NCBI GenBank assembly: GCA_965218295.1
Contig: CBDCKN010000008.1
Coordinates: forward strand, 12,330 to 76,329
Origin: Longimicrobiales bacterium
GTDB taxonomy: Bacteria > Gemmatimonadota > Gemmatimonadetes > Longimicrobiales > Gaopeijiaceae
Direction: 5' to 3'
DNA: 64,000 nt
Below the pieces are notes generated by a model. It saw only the letters and a list, made by a program, of their open reading frames with translations. It did not search any database and had not been told where the DNA came from. The number at the start of each line of letters is the position of its first letter. Within the stretch, counting starts at the first letter, position 1. Positions 12,038 to 22,011 of this stretch are shown here, piece after piece. A program made the position numbers and the translations under genes.

Positions 12038-13255
12038 TCAGGGACCTAGGCTCAGAACGTATTGGTCTTCCGGGTCGAAGAAGCGGACGCACGCCTCGTT
12101 CACCTCGTCCAGAGTGACGGCACCGACTCGGGCCAACGACTCCTCCAGCTCCTGGTAGGGCTCCCCCCGCAGGGCGAAGCCCGCTAGGCACAGAAGCCGA
12201 GCTCCGGTGGACTCCATGGAGAGGATCATATGCCCCCTTCCTTGATTCTTGGCCTATTCCAGTTCCAGCACCGTGAGGCCCTTTCTATGAAGCAGACGAT
12301 ACTCCGCCAGAATGGCGTCGAGGGCCTGTTCCAGGGCCTCCGGCCGGGTCCCGACATATACGCCGGCGCTGCCGGCCCGGCTATAGAACGACTGGTACGC
12401 GAAGACCGAGTAGGCCAAGGCCATCTCCTCTCGAATCCGCTGGAAGAGCCGGGAGCTCATGCCCCCTCCGAACGCGTCCGAGATGAGGATCAGCGCCTCG
12501 CGTACCGGATCCGTGTGGGGCGGCGTTCGGTTGCCGACGACCAGATGAGCCTGGGCGGTATCGCGAAGCACCGTGTCGCGTCCCGTTGCGTTTCCGCTCG
12601 GCGGGTCGATCTCCGGACAGGGGTCTCCCGCGGGAGCCGGCCCGAAGAGCCGGGCTACGTGATCGGCGACCACCTCGTGCTCGACGTTCCCCGCGCAGGC
12701 CACCACGATGTTGCCCCCTCGATATTCGTCGGCGTGGAGCCTACGCACATCCTCGATTTCGAGGGTATTTACGGTCTCGCGGGTGCCGAGGATCGCCTGC
12801 CCATAGGGATGCCCGTTCCAGAAGCGCACGCCGTACAGATCGAAGATCAGGTCGTCGGGCGTGTCCTCCACGCTGGCGATCTCCTCCAACACCACCCCGC
12901 GCTCCAGCTCCAGGTCCATCGGGTCGAGGCGCGGGTGCAGCACAAGATCCGCAAGCACGTCGAGTGCCTCCGGCAGATGCTCGTCCAGGACCCGGGCCTG
13001 ATAGCTGGTGTGCTCCCGGGTCGTGTAGGCGTCCAGCGCGCCCCCCAGCGACTCCAGTGAAAGGGCGATCTCGTGCGAGCTGCGTCGCTCGGTACCCTTG
13101 AACACGAGGTGCTCCAGGAGGTGGCTGATCCCGAGAACGCTCGACGACTCATGGGCCGAGCCCTGCTTCAGCCACACGCCTGCGGCGACGGAGCGTACTC
13201 CAGGAGTGCGCTCCGTTACAAGGCGTACTCCGTTGTCGAGGCGGGTCTCACGCAT
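12038..13255 (-). pseudogene. M16 family (pitrilysin-like) peptidase interrupted by an in-frame TAG at 12254-12256
   Basis: HLLEH zinc motif, GGGMSSRLFQ.IRE; after TAG the same frame continues AKNQGRGHMILSMESTGARL...LSLGP, an M16-like C-terminus. Confidence 0.85.
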
Positions 13256-13261
13256 GGGTGT

Positions 13262-13270
13262 GGGACACTA
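13262..13270 (+). repeat. Solo right end (GGGACACTA) of the 166-bp MITE family, next to a GC-rich hairpin (~13278-13312)
   Basis: Exact 9-nt match to element terminus, in the pnp/M16 intergenic region. Confidence 0.45.
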
Positions 13271-13335
13271 GAGGTCCAAGGGGGCATGGGCCCACGGCCC
13301 ACACCCCCCTGGAAGTCCTACCGAGCGACGGTCGG

Positions 13336-15492
13336 TCAGCTCAGTGCCTCCTCGACCTCCCGGTCCTCGCTGGGCTCGGTGTCCTTGGACGCCCCGAGGG
13401 CGTCCTCCGCCATGGCGGCCTTCCGGGACAGACGGAGGCGACCCTTCTCATCGATGGAGAGGAGCTTCACACGCGTGATTTCTCCCACCTTCAGAACGTC
13501 CTCGGTCTTCTCCACCCTCCGGTCTTCGAGCTCGGAGATGTGGCACAGACCTTCCACGCCGGGGAGGATCTCGATGAAGGCACCGAACGAAGTTGTGTTC
13601 TTCACCGGGCCCTCGTAGATCCTGCCGACGTCGGGCTCCTGGACGATTGCCTCGATCATCTCGCGAGCTCTCGCCCCGGCCTCTCCGGATACGGCCGCGA
13701 TCTTGACCAGACCCGTGTCGTCGATGTCGATCTTCGCCCCGGACTCCTCCTGGATGGCCCGGATGGTTTTCCCCTTCGGTCCGATGATGTCGCCAATCTT
13801 CGAGGGGTTGATCTGGATCGACACGATGCGTGGCGCGTACTGAGAGAGGTCGCTCCGCGGCTCGGCCAACGCCTGATCCATGATGTCGAGGATGTGCATC
13901 CGGCCAACGTGCGCCCGCTCAAGGGCGATCTTGAGGATCTCTTGGGTGAGCCCGTCGATCTTGATGTCCATCTGGATGGACGTGACCCCGTCACGCGTGC
14001 CAGCGACCTTGAAGTCCATGTCCCCCAGGGCGTCTTCGAGCCCCAGGATGTCCGTCAGGATGGCGACGTCGTCGCCCTCCCTGATCAGGCCCATGGCAAC
14101 ACCCGCACACGCAGCCTTGATGGGCACGCCCGCGTCCATGAGCGCCAGCGAGGCGCCACAGACGGAAGCCATCGAAGACGACCCATTTGACTCGAGAATG
14201 TCGGAGACGATCCGAATCGTGTACGGGAAGTCGTCGTAGGCCGGAAGCAGCGGACGGATGGCCCGCTCGGCCAGGGCCCCGTGACCCTGCTCACGCCTCG
14301 ACGTTCCTCGGAAGGGCCTCGCCTCGCCCACGGAGAAGGGCGGGAAGTTGTAGTGCAGCATGAACGACTTGGTGACCTCTTCGGCCGTATCGATGGAGTC
14401 GATGCGCTGCTCGTCCCAGGACGTGCCGAGCGTCGTCACGACGAGGGCCTGCGTCTGACCCCGGGTGAAGAGCGCAGAGCCGTGGGTTCGGGGTAGGACT
14501 CCCACTTCGGACGTGATGGAGCGGACCTCTTCGAGGCCTCGCCCGTCGGCGCGCTCACCCTGCTCCAGAATTCGCCTTCGCATCGACTTCTTCTCGATGC
14601 CGCGGAGCACCTCCTTGATGGACTTCTCGTGCTCGGAGTACGCCTCGTCCTCTTCGACCAGGCGCCCGATCACATCCTCGGCCACGGCCGCCATGGCCTG
14701 ATTGCGCTCGCCCTTGTCCGAGAGCATCAGCGCCTCCTCGATGCGGCTCTCCGCCATCTCGGTTACCCGGTCGGCCAGGACCTGCTCCGGCTCGACGGAG
14801 GACCACTCCATGTCGGGGACCCTGTGGCCCTCCAGGAGCTCCTTCTGGATATCGATGAGCTCCCTGATGCCCTGGTGGGCGATCTCGAGTCCCTCGAGGA
14901 TCTCGGCCTCCGGAACCTCGACCGCACCTCCTTCGACCATGAGGAGGGCGTCCTCCCTCCCGGCTACCACGATGTCCACGTCCGAGTACTCGAGCTGCTG
15001 GAACGTGGGGTTCAGCACCCATGTGTCCCGAATGCGGCCGATGCGCACGGAAGCGACCAACGTGTTGAACGGAATCTTGGACATGTTCAAGGCCACCGAG
15101 GCTCCGAGCATGGCCAGCACATCCGCCGAGTTTTCCTGGTCGGCGCTCAGGATGAAGCACGCGACTTGGGTCTCGTGCATGAATCCCGAAGGGAACAGGG
15201 GTCTGAGCGGACGGTCGGTGAGGCGCGCCGCGAGGACCTCGTTCTCTCCTGGGCGTCCTTCCCGCTTGAAGAAGCCGCCGGGGATCTTCCCGGCTGCGTA
15301 GCTCTTTTCCCTGTACTCGATGGTCAGGGGGAAAAACGGTAGGTGGGTGGATTTGTCTTGGACCGTGGCGGCACAAAGCACCACGGTGTCGCCAAACTGT
15401 ACGAGGCAGGAGCCCTGCGCGAGCTTGGCCATCCGCCCGAACTCGAGGCTTAGAGTGCGCCCCGCGAACTGGCGTTCGATTCTCTGGATCAT
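13336..15492 (-). CDS. pnp: Polyribonucleotide nucleotidyltransferase
   Basis: FFPLTIEYREKSYAAGKIPGGFFKREG, ESNGSSSMASVC, GDMDFKVAG, KH and S1 domains. Confidence 0.98.
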   Translation of the reverse strand: MIQRIERQFAGRTLSLEFGRMAKLAQGSCLVQFGDTVVLCAATVQDKSTHLPFFPLTIEYREKSYAAGKIPGGFFKREGRPGENEVLAARLTDRPLRPLFPSGFMHETQVACFILSADQENSADVLAMLGASVALNMSKIPFNTLVASVRIGRIRDTWVLNPTFQQLEYSDVDIVVAGREDALLMVEGGAVEVPEAEILEGLEIAHQGIRELIDIQKELLEGHRVPDMEWSSVEPEQVLADRVTEMAESRIEEALMLSDKGERNQAMAAVAEDVIGRLVEEDEAYSEHEKSIKEVLRGIEKKSMRRRILEQGERADGRGLEEVRSITSEVGVLPRTHGSALFTRGQTQALVVTTLGTSWDEQRIDSIDTAEEVTKSFMLHYNFPPFSVGEARPFRGTSRREQGHGALAERAIRPLLPAYDDFPYTIRIVSDILESNGSSSMASVCGASLALMDAGVPIKAACAGVAMGLIREGDDVAILTDILGLEDALGDMDFKVAGTRDGVTSIQMDIKIDGLTQEILKIALERAHVGRMHILDIMDQALAEPRSDLSQYAPRIVSIQINPSKIGDIIGPKGKTIRAIQEESGAKIDIDDTGLVKIAAVSGEAGARAREMIEAIVQEPDVGRIYEGPVKNTTSFGAFIEILPGVEGLCHISELEDRRVEKTEDVLKVGEITRVKLLSIDEKGRLRLSRKAAMAEDALGASKDTEPSEDREVEEALS

Positions 15493-15757
15493 CTCTCTCT
15501 TTTCTCTGCTTTCAGTCGAACGCGACCACCCCGTCCCACTTCGTTTCGCCTGTCGGGGCCTTCCCGACCGGGTCGAGCGAACAGGCTCCTAAGAGAGATC
15601 GACCGCCGCAGTGCAGGGCACGGAGTGCCCCGACCGATTGCAGCCATTTGGATGGGCCGATCCTCCAGGGGTCCTGCTGTACTAAGCCGAAACGGCGACC
15701 GATCTGTGCGGCCACCCCCATTTCGTGTCCGCCATCCCCACTTCTTCAACAGGCCTT

Positions 15758-15824
15758 TAGTGTCCCGTTACCAAAGTGTCTCGGCCAGTCGAGGGCACGG
15801 TGCATCCGTGGAAACGGAACACTA
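15758..15824 (-). mobile_element. MITE-like element, internally deleted 67-bp copy in opposite orientation
   Basis: Reverse complement TAGTGTTCCGTTTCC|ACGGATGCACCGTGCCCTCGACTGGCCGAGACACTTTGGTAACGGGACACTA = both ends of the 166-bp element with 99 bp missing; its TAG is the rpsO stop. Confidence 0.88.
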
Positions 15825-16082
15825 GTGACGGAGTCCGAGGTCCGCGATAAGCTCGCGGTAGCGCTCCGCGTCGGTGCGCTTCACGTACTCCAACAGCCGG
15901 CGGCGGCGTCCAACCATCTTCAGGAGGCCTCGGCGGCTATGATGGTCCTTCTTGTGGTTGTCGAAGTGTGACCTGAGATCATTGATGCGAGCTGTCAGGA
16001 TCGCGGCCTGGACCGGGGCACTCCCGACGTCTCCCTCGTGGAGCTGGTGCTTCTGAATGATCTCTGCTCTGTTGATCGTCAC
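15822..16082 (-). CDS. rpsO: 30S ribosomal protein S15
   Basis: [31 protein letters not shown]. Confidence 0.98.
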   Translation of the reverse strand: MTINRAEIIQKHQLHEGDVGSAPVQAAILTARINDLRSHFDNHKKDHHSRRGLLKMVGRRRRLLEYVKRTDAERYRELIADLGLRH

Positions 16083-16267
16083 GTCTGCGTGTGCCTCCGC
16101 AAGAGTCTGCGCTTCAGGGGAAGCTTGTTCGTGTATTACGGACAGCCTTTAATATTAGCGGAAGCGTGGTAGAGCAACAACGGCTCGGCCCCCGCCGGGT
16201 AGTGATACACTTTGACTTTACCACTACCGCCCGCCGTGGATGTCCGGCCCGCAGTGGATCCACGGCG

Positions 16268-17221
16268 TTACGTTTCGGCCAGGACCGCCCGGGCTTCCTC
16301 CACATCTTCGCGCATCTGATCTACCAGGGCCCGTTTCGAATCGAAGGGACGGATCTCGCGGAGATAGCGCACGAAATCGACGCGGACCTCCTCGCCGTAG
16401 ATGTCCTCATCGAAGTCAAACAGGTGTATCTCGATGGTGGGTGGTGACCCCCGGAACGTGGGTCGCGGACCCAGATGGAGGGCTCCCCCATACATCCCCG
16501 AGCGGAGGATTCCCATGACGGCATAGATGCCCGGGGGCGGAACCAGCTTCTGCCCTACCCCACCACCTCTCACTTCCAGGTTGGCCGTGGGAAAGCCCAG
16601 GGTTCGCCCCCGCTGATCCCCCCGGACGACCAATCCTCGGACCGAGTATGGACGACCCAGGGCCTCGCGGGCCGAGCTCATATCGCCCTCCAGGAGGGCC
16701 CTTCGGATGCGCGTGGACGAGATGGGACGTTCCTGTGCGCCCACCGGACCTACGACATCGACCTTGAAGCCCAACTCCGAGCCGAGACTGCGCAGAGTCT
16801 CGGCGTCGCCGCTTCGCCCCCGCCCGAAGTGGTGGTCGTATCCCACCACCAACTCCTTGACGCCGAGGCGGCCCACGAGGATCTCCTCCACGAAGCGCCG
16901 GGGCGAGTACTGGGCCAGCACCGGCGTGAACGGAAGGAAGACGGCGTAGTCGAGTCCCGACTCCGCCAGGATCTCCTTCTTCTCCACCGGCGTGGTGAGC
17001 ATGGGGGGAGCCAGTTCCGGGCGGACGATGGTGAGAGGATGTGGATGGAAGGTCACGAGCACACTCCGGCGGCCGGTCTCCTCCGCCCTCCGCCGGATCT
17101 CGGAGAGGACCTCCCAGTGGCCCCGGTGGACCCCGTCAAAGGTGCCGATGGTGACCACAGTCCCTCTTCCGTCCGACGGGAGGCCCGACGGCAGAGCCGG
17201 GTCGATGGCGTAACCGGTCAT
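16268..17221 (-). CDS. ribF: Bifunctional riboflavin kinase/FAD synthetase
   Basis: IGTFDGVHRGH, ISSTRIR, GRTLGFPTAN. Confidence 0.96.
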   Translation of the reverse strand: MTGYAIDPALPSGLPSDGRGTVVTIGTFDGVHRGHWEVLSEIRRRAEETGRRSVLVTFHPHPLTIVRPELAPPMLTTPVEKKEILAESGLDYAVFLPFTPVLAQYSPRRFVEEILVGRLGVKELVVGYDHHFGRGRSGDAETLRSLGSELGFKVDVVGPVGAQERPISSTRIRRALLEGDMSSAREALGRPYSVRGLVVRGDQRGRTLGFPTANLEVRGGGVGQKLVPPPGIYAVMGILRSGMYGGALHLGPRPTFRGSPPTIEIHLFDFDEDIYGEEVRVDFVRYLREIRPFDSKRALVDQMREDVEEARAVLAET

Positions 17222-18114
17222 GACGTCACGGGACCCTGGAGCATCTTCCTTGGCGCCAGTTGGCCCTCTCGTACTTCGGCGATCCCCAGTAGGCCCACAT
17301 CGTCGAGGACGGCGATGGGCTTATCGCACTCTAACCCGGCTTCTGGCAGCGGAATTCTACCTCCCTGACGAAGGCGCAAAGCCCCGTCGGTCGGCACCTG
17401 CACAGTGGTGAGATGACGGAGTGCCTCACGCGCCTCGATCCACTGGCCAGGGGTGGGAGGGGCACCCTCTCGGAGCGCCTCGCCCGGCATGGCTCGTTCG
17501 ACCGAGAAGTCCCCCACCCATGTCCGGCGCAGGGCGGTGAGGTGGGCCCCGACACCGAGACCTTCACCTACGTCTCTGGCCAGAGCACGGATGTACGTGC
17601 CGGCTGAGCACGTCACCTCGAAGGAGAGGTCGGGAGGATCGAACTCGGTCAGGCGGATGCCCGAGATCTCCACAGCCACAGGATTCAGCTCGACCCTCTC
17701 GCCTCGCCTGGCCTTCCTGTACATGGCCTCTCCGCCGATCTTCTTCGCCGAGAACTGCGGTGGTACCTGCTCGATCCGGCCCTGAAAGCGCGCCAGCTCC
17801 GACGAGACGTCATCGCGGCCGATCGTCTGCCACTCCCCCTCCGGCTCCACGACCCGGCCTTGGGAGTCGTGGGTGTCCGTTCTAATCCCCAGCCGGGCCT
17901 TTGCCGTATAGGTCTTGGGAAGGCCCGAGAGGTACTCGGCCAAGCGGGTCGCCGGTCCGAAGAGGAGGATCAACAGTCCCGACGCGAAAGGGTCGAGGGT
18001 TCCGGTATGTCCGACGCGCCTCGTGCCTAGTCCCCTACGCGCCCAGGCCACCACGTCGTGGGACGTGGGTCCCGCCGGCTTGTCCACCAGGAAGGCTCCG
18101 CCTCGTTCTGGCAT
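17218..18114 (-). CDS. truB: tRNA pseudouridine(55) synthase
   Basis: DKPAGPTSHDVV, GHTGTLDPFASG, QVPPQFSA, GTYIRALARD; start taken at MPERGG. Confidence 0.96.
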   Translation of the reverse strand: MPERGGAFLVDKPAGPTSHDVVAWARRGLGTRRVGHTGTLDPFASGLLILLFGPATRLAEYLSGLPKTYTAKARLGIRTDTHDSQGRVVEPEGEWQTIGRDDVSSELARFQGRIEQVPPQFSAKKIGGEAMYRKARRGERVELNPVAVEISGIRLTEFDPPDLSFEVTCSAGTYIRALARDVGEGLGVGAHLTALRRTWVGDFSVERAMPGEALREGAPPTPGQWIEAREALRHLTTVQVPTDGALRLRQGGRIPLPEAGLECDKPIAVLDDVGLLGIAEVREGQLAPRKMLQGPVTS

Positions 18115-18124
18115 CTCGAAGGCG

Positions 18125-18520
18125 TCAGTCCTCACTCGGCTCCACCTGCGCGCTGTCACCCGACGTTTCGGGGCGCTGCTCCTTTCGGATCTCGCGAAGG
18201 ATCTCCTCGATGCGATTGGCCTGCTCAAGAGTCTCGTCCTCCAGGAAGCGCAACTCGGGAAGGCGACGGATGTGCAGCATGGATCCGAGCTCCCGCCGGA
18301 TGAAGTTGGACGCGGCATCGAGACCCTTCATGGCCTCCTTGCGCTCCTCGTCCCCACCGGCGACCCGCACGTAGATGCGAGCGAGCCACAGGTCCGAGGT
18401 TACGGCGACACCCGTGATCACGACGTCCTTGACCCTGGGATCCCGCACGTCCCGGCGCAGAATGTCAGTGATCTCTCGCCGGAACTGCTCGTTCAGGCGG
18501 GCGAGGCGTCGGTCGGGCAT
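18125..18520 (-). CDS. rbfA: Ribosome-binding factor A
   Basis: RDPRV..V.IT, PELRFLED; between infB and truB. Confidence 0.95.
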   Translation of the reverse strand: MPDRRLARLNEQFRREITDILRRDVRDPRVKDVVITGVAVTSDLWLARIYVRVAGGDEERKEAMKGLDAASNFIRRELGSMLHIRRLPELRFLEDETLEQANRIEEILREIRKEQRPETSGDSAQVEPSED

Positions 18521-18560
18521 AGATCCTAAAGGACGTGGCCGATGAGAGACACCGGCCGGT

Positions 18561-18842
18561 TCAATAGAGGTCCCTCTTGCTGGAGAGGATCACGGCGCGT
18601 GTCTCTCGTTCGATGAGGCGGTCGACCTTCGAGAGCAGCGACTCGGCCAGGCGTCCGTCGGTGGTCACCAGAGCCACGGACAACTGGGTCCGTGTCCACG
18701 CGTCTTGATGGCCGGTCTCGGCCACCGAGACGTTGAACCGACTGCGGAGGCGGTCCTTCAACGACTTGACGACCCTTCGCTTTTCCTTGAGCGAGCCGCA
18801 TCCCGGAAGCGAGAGCTCCCATGAGCACGCGGCCACCAGCAC
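18561..18842 (-). CDS. DUF503 (YlxP-like) protein
   Basis: SLKEKRRVVKSLKDRL..RFNVSVAE; conserved position after infB. Confidence 0.9.
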   Translation of the reverse strand: MLVAACSWELSLPGCGSLKEKRRVVKSLKDRLRSRFNVSVAETGHQDAWTRTQLSVALVTTDGRLAESLLSKVDRLIERETRAVILSSKRDLY

Positions 18843-18875
18843 GTGTCGCTCCTCCTACGGGCTTCCCCGGAACAC

Positions 18876-19041
18876 TAGTGTTCCGTTTCCGACGTTCGCG
18901 AGCCACTACGAGGGTCGGGGCGCCGTGGGATCAAGGCGGGACGACGGGGCGTAGCGCAAGCTACGTTAAGGAGTCCCAACGCTGAGCCCACGGATGTACC
19001 GTGCCCTCGACTGGCCGAGACACTTTGGTAACGGGACACTA
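18876..19041 (+). mobile_element. MITE-like element, full-length copy 2 (166 bp), abutting an extra end remnant CGGAACACTA (18868-18877)
   Basis: ~95% identical to 2360-2525; terminal CTA is the infB TAG stop. Confidence 0.9.
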
Positions 19042-21651
19042 TCCCGTGGCTCCGGCGAGCGTGCGAGCCACTTCCTCGACCGAGTAGCACTCGATGATGT
19101 CGCCGAGTTTGATGTCGTTGAAGTTGGCGATCCCGATGCCGCACTCGAAGCCCTCTCGCACCTCCTTCGCGTCGTCCTTGAAGCGCTTGAGAGAGGAGAT
19201 CTCGCCTTCGTAAACGACGATTCCGTCACGCACGAGCCGTGCACGGGACTTCCGCTCGATGACGCCTTCGAGGACATGCGAGCCGCCGATGGTGCCCACC
19301 TTGCTGACCTTGAAGACCTCGCGAACCTCGGCGGTACCGAGAATGGTCTCTCTCCGCTCCGGTGTCAGCATGCCCTCGAGGACAGCACGCACCTCATCCA
19401 CGGCCTCGTAGATGACGTCGTACACGCGGATGTCCACTCCGTCTCGCTCGGCATGCTTCCGGGCGTTGGTGTAGGGGCGCACGCGGAAGCCGATGATGAC
19501 CGAGCCGGACGTCCCGGCGAGCAACACGTCTTCTTCGTTGATGGCCCCTACCGCCCGATGGACGATCTGGACCTTCACCTCGTCGGTCCCTAGCTGCTCG
19601 AGGGCGTCGGATAGGGCCTGCACCGAGCCGTCCACGTCCGCCTTGATGATGAGGGGGAGCATGTCGGCCTGGCCGGAGGCGAGCAGGCCGGAGAAGTCGC
19701 CCAGCTTGACGCCACGCTCCCTGATGCGGAGCTGCTTCTCCCGCTCGAGGCGCATGCGGCTCAGGGCGATCTCGCTCGCTTTCTCGGCAGCCATCACCTG
19801 GAACGCGTCACCGGCTTGGGGAACCCCTGCCGTCCCGAGGAGCTGCACCGGAATCCCCGGACTCACTTCCTTCACCGGGTTGCCCCGCTCGTCGAGCATG
19901 GCACGCACGCGGCCCTCGAAGTGCCCGACCAGGAAGGAATCCCCGACCCGCAGCGTGCCCTTCTGCACGAGTACCGAGACGACCGGGCCCTTTCCGACGT
20001 CGAGCTGAGCTTCGATGACGATCCCCTTCGCATCGCGGTTCGGGTTCGCCTTGAGCTCCAGGAGTTCGGCCTGCAGGAGGACCTTCTCGAGGAGGTCGTC
20101 GATCCCTTCACCGGTCTTCGCGGAGATGTCGCCGCTCAGGACGTCTCCACCGAACTCCTCGACCTGTACGTCCTGCTGCAGAAGCTTCTGCTTGACCTTC
20201 ATGGGATCGGCAGCCGGTAGATCGCACTTGTTGACGGCCACGACGATGGGTACGCCCGCATTCCGCGCGTGGCTGATGGCCTCTCTGGTCTGGGGCATGA
20301 CGGAGTCGTCCGCGGCGACGACGAGAATCACAATGTCCGTGACCTCGGCGCCTCGTGCCCGCATGGCCGTGAACGCCGCGTGGCCGGGAGTGTCCAGGAA
20401 AGTGATGCTTCGCTCGTCACCCAGCTCCATGTGATACGCACCTATGTGCTGGGTGATGCCTCCCGACTCTCCAGCCACGACGTTCGAGCGCCGGATCTTG
20501 TCGAGCAGGAGCGTCTTTCCGTGGTCAACGTGACCCATGACCGTCACCACGGGGGCTCGCGGCTGCAGATCCTCTGGAGAGTCCTCCTCGATCGCGTCTT
20601 CCTCGTCGACGCTGTACTCCTCCTCACGCACGGCGGTGAAGTCGAACTCATCCAGAAGCAGCTCGATCTGATCGAAGTCGAGCCTCTGATTGATGGTGAC
20701 CATGAGGCTGAGATTTTTGAACGCGGAGCCGATGATCTCGGTGGAGGACACGTCCACCAGCTCCGACAGCTCGGAGACCGTGAGGAACTCGTTCACCCGA
20801 ACGGTCGTCCGCTCGCGCTCCTCCTCCTCACGTGCCTCCTCCTCGGCGGCCTCGCGCTCCTCCTTCGTGGACGCGGATCCTTTGCGACGGCGCTTCTTGC
20901 CACCGCCCTTGAGCTCAGCCATGACCCGCTGGATGTTCTCCTGGACCGCGCTCTGATCGACGCGCTGGCGCTTCTTACCCTTCTTTTTCTGGCGCTGCCG
21001 CCGCTGGCCGTCGGCCGTATATCCCTCCGCCTGCACGCGAACCTGCCCGCCGGCGCCTGCGCTGACTCCCGGCTTGGGCCGACGGATGACACGAGCAGGC
21101 CCCTCGGGCGCGGACTCGCGAACGGGCTCCGGCGGCGTAGCCGGTGCCACGGGCAACTCAGCCGTCTCGACGAGCGCCTCAGTTGCAACCTCCTCGGCAG
21201 GGGCCTCTGCAGCCACCTCTTCCTCGGCTACGGGCTCCTCGGCCTCGGCTTCTTCCTCCGACTCCTCGTCCTGCGCCGACTCCTCTGGCTCGGCGTCCTC
21301 GTCGGCCACAGCGTCCGAAGCGGCGACGTCGTCAGCCTCTTCCGCGGTGGGTTCCTCCCAGGACTCGGCCTCTTCCTGCTCTGGCTCGGGCTCTGGCAGT
21401 ATTTCACTCGCCCGGCGCCTCCGACGCCGGCCCGCAATAGGCTTGGCGTCCTCGATGGCGGCCTGAATCGCCTCGTTCGCGTCCTTGTGACCGGCACGAC
21501 GCTCCCGCTCGAGGCGAGCGAGAATCCGCGACACGTCCTCGTCGCTCATGGGCGCATCCTCGTCAGGGACGGAGATGTGCAACGTCCTCAACAGGCTAAG
21601 CAAAACCTCGGACGAAACTCCGAGATCTCTGGCTAGTTCTACAACCCGCAT
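19039..21651 (-). CDS. infB: Translation initiation factor IF-2
   Basis: [45 protein letters not shown]. Confidence 0.98.
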   Translation of the reverse strand: MRVVELARDLGVSSEVLLSLLRTLHISVPDEDAPMSDEDVSRILARLERERRAGHKDANEAIQAAIEDAKPIAGRRRRRRASEILPEPEPEQEEAESWEEPTAEEADDVAASDAVADEDAEPEESAQDEESEEEAEAEEPVAEEEVAAEAPAEEVATEALVETAELPVAPATPPEPVRESAPEGPARVIRRPKPGVSAGAGGQVRVQAEGYTADGQRRQRQKKKGKKRQRVDQSAVQENIQRVMAELKGGGKKRRRKGSASTKEEREAAEEEAREEEERERTTVRVNEFLTVSELSELVDVSSTEIIGSAFKNLSLMVTINQRLDFDQIELLLDEFDFTAVREEEYSVDEEDAIEEDSPEDLQPRAPVVTVMGHVDHGKTLLLDKIRRSNVVAGESGGITQHIGAYHMELGDERSITFLDTPGHAAFTAMRARGAEVTDIVILVVAADDSVMPQTREAISHARNAGVPIVVAVNKCDLPAADPMKVKQKLLQQDVQVEEFGGDVLSGDISAKTGEGIDDLLEKVLLQAELLELKANPNRDAKGIVIEAQLDVGKGPVVSVLVQKGTLRVGDSFLVGHFEGRVRAMLDERGNPVKEVSPGIPVQLLGTAGVPQAGDAFQVMAAEKASEIALSRMRLEREKQLRIRERGVKLGDFSGLLASGQADMLPLIIKADVDGSVQALSDALEQLGTDEVKVQIVHRAVGAINEEDVLLAGTSGSVIIGFRVRPYTNARKHAERDGVDIRVYDVIYEAVDEVRAVLEGMLTPERRETILGTAEVREVFKVSKVGTIGGSHVLEGVIERKSRARLVRDGIVVYEGEISSLKRFKDDAKEVREGFECGIGIANFNDIKLGDIIECYSVEEVARTLAGATG

Positions 21652-21660
21652 CTACTTTGC

Positions 21661-22011
21661 CTACCTCCGCTTCTCAGTCTCGTCCTTCGTACCCCGGTTC
21701 GCGGCCAACTGCCTAGCCAGCCGGCTCGCGAAGCCCGCCTCGGTGACAGCAACGGCGGAGATCGGAGCGGATCCGACCGCCGCACCCAATTCGGCCCGGC
21801 TCCCCAGGATCACGCGGGGAGTCGCCCGATGGCGCAGCAGCTTCAACACTTTGTCCCGTTGGACCTCCGAGGCGTCGTCGGCAAACAACACCAGCCGGGC
21901 GCGTCCATCCTTGACGGCGCGCTGAGTGGATCCGGTCCCGCGCTCCAATGCGCCGGCTCGACGGGCGAGCCCCAGGAGCACCAATGCGCTACGCTTCGAC
22001 CGGCTCTTCAT
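21661..22011 (-). CDS. L7Ae/L30e-family RNA-binding protein (YlxQ-like)
   Basis: LLGLARRAG...LVLFADDAS...ELGAAVG; between nusA and infB. Confidence 0.88.
   Translation of the reverse strand: MKSRSKRSALVLLGLARRAGALERGTGSTQRAVKDGRARLVLFADDASEVQRDKVLKLLRHRATPRVILGSRAELGAAVGSAPISAVAVTEAGFASRLARQLAANRGTKDETEKRR

Noticed and set aside
12254..12256. Amber recoding or pyrrolysine at the internal TAG
   Set aside because: TAG terminates many core genes here (folC, mreB, rpsO, infB, murA, frr) and no pyl genes are visible; a nonsense mutation is simpler
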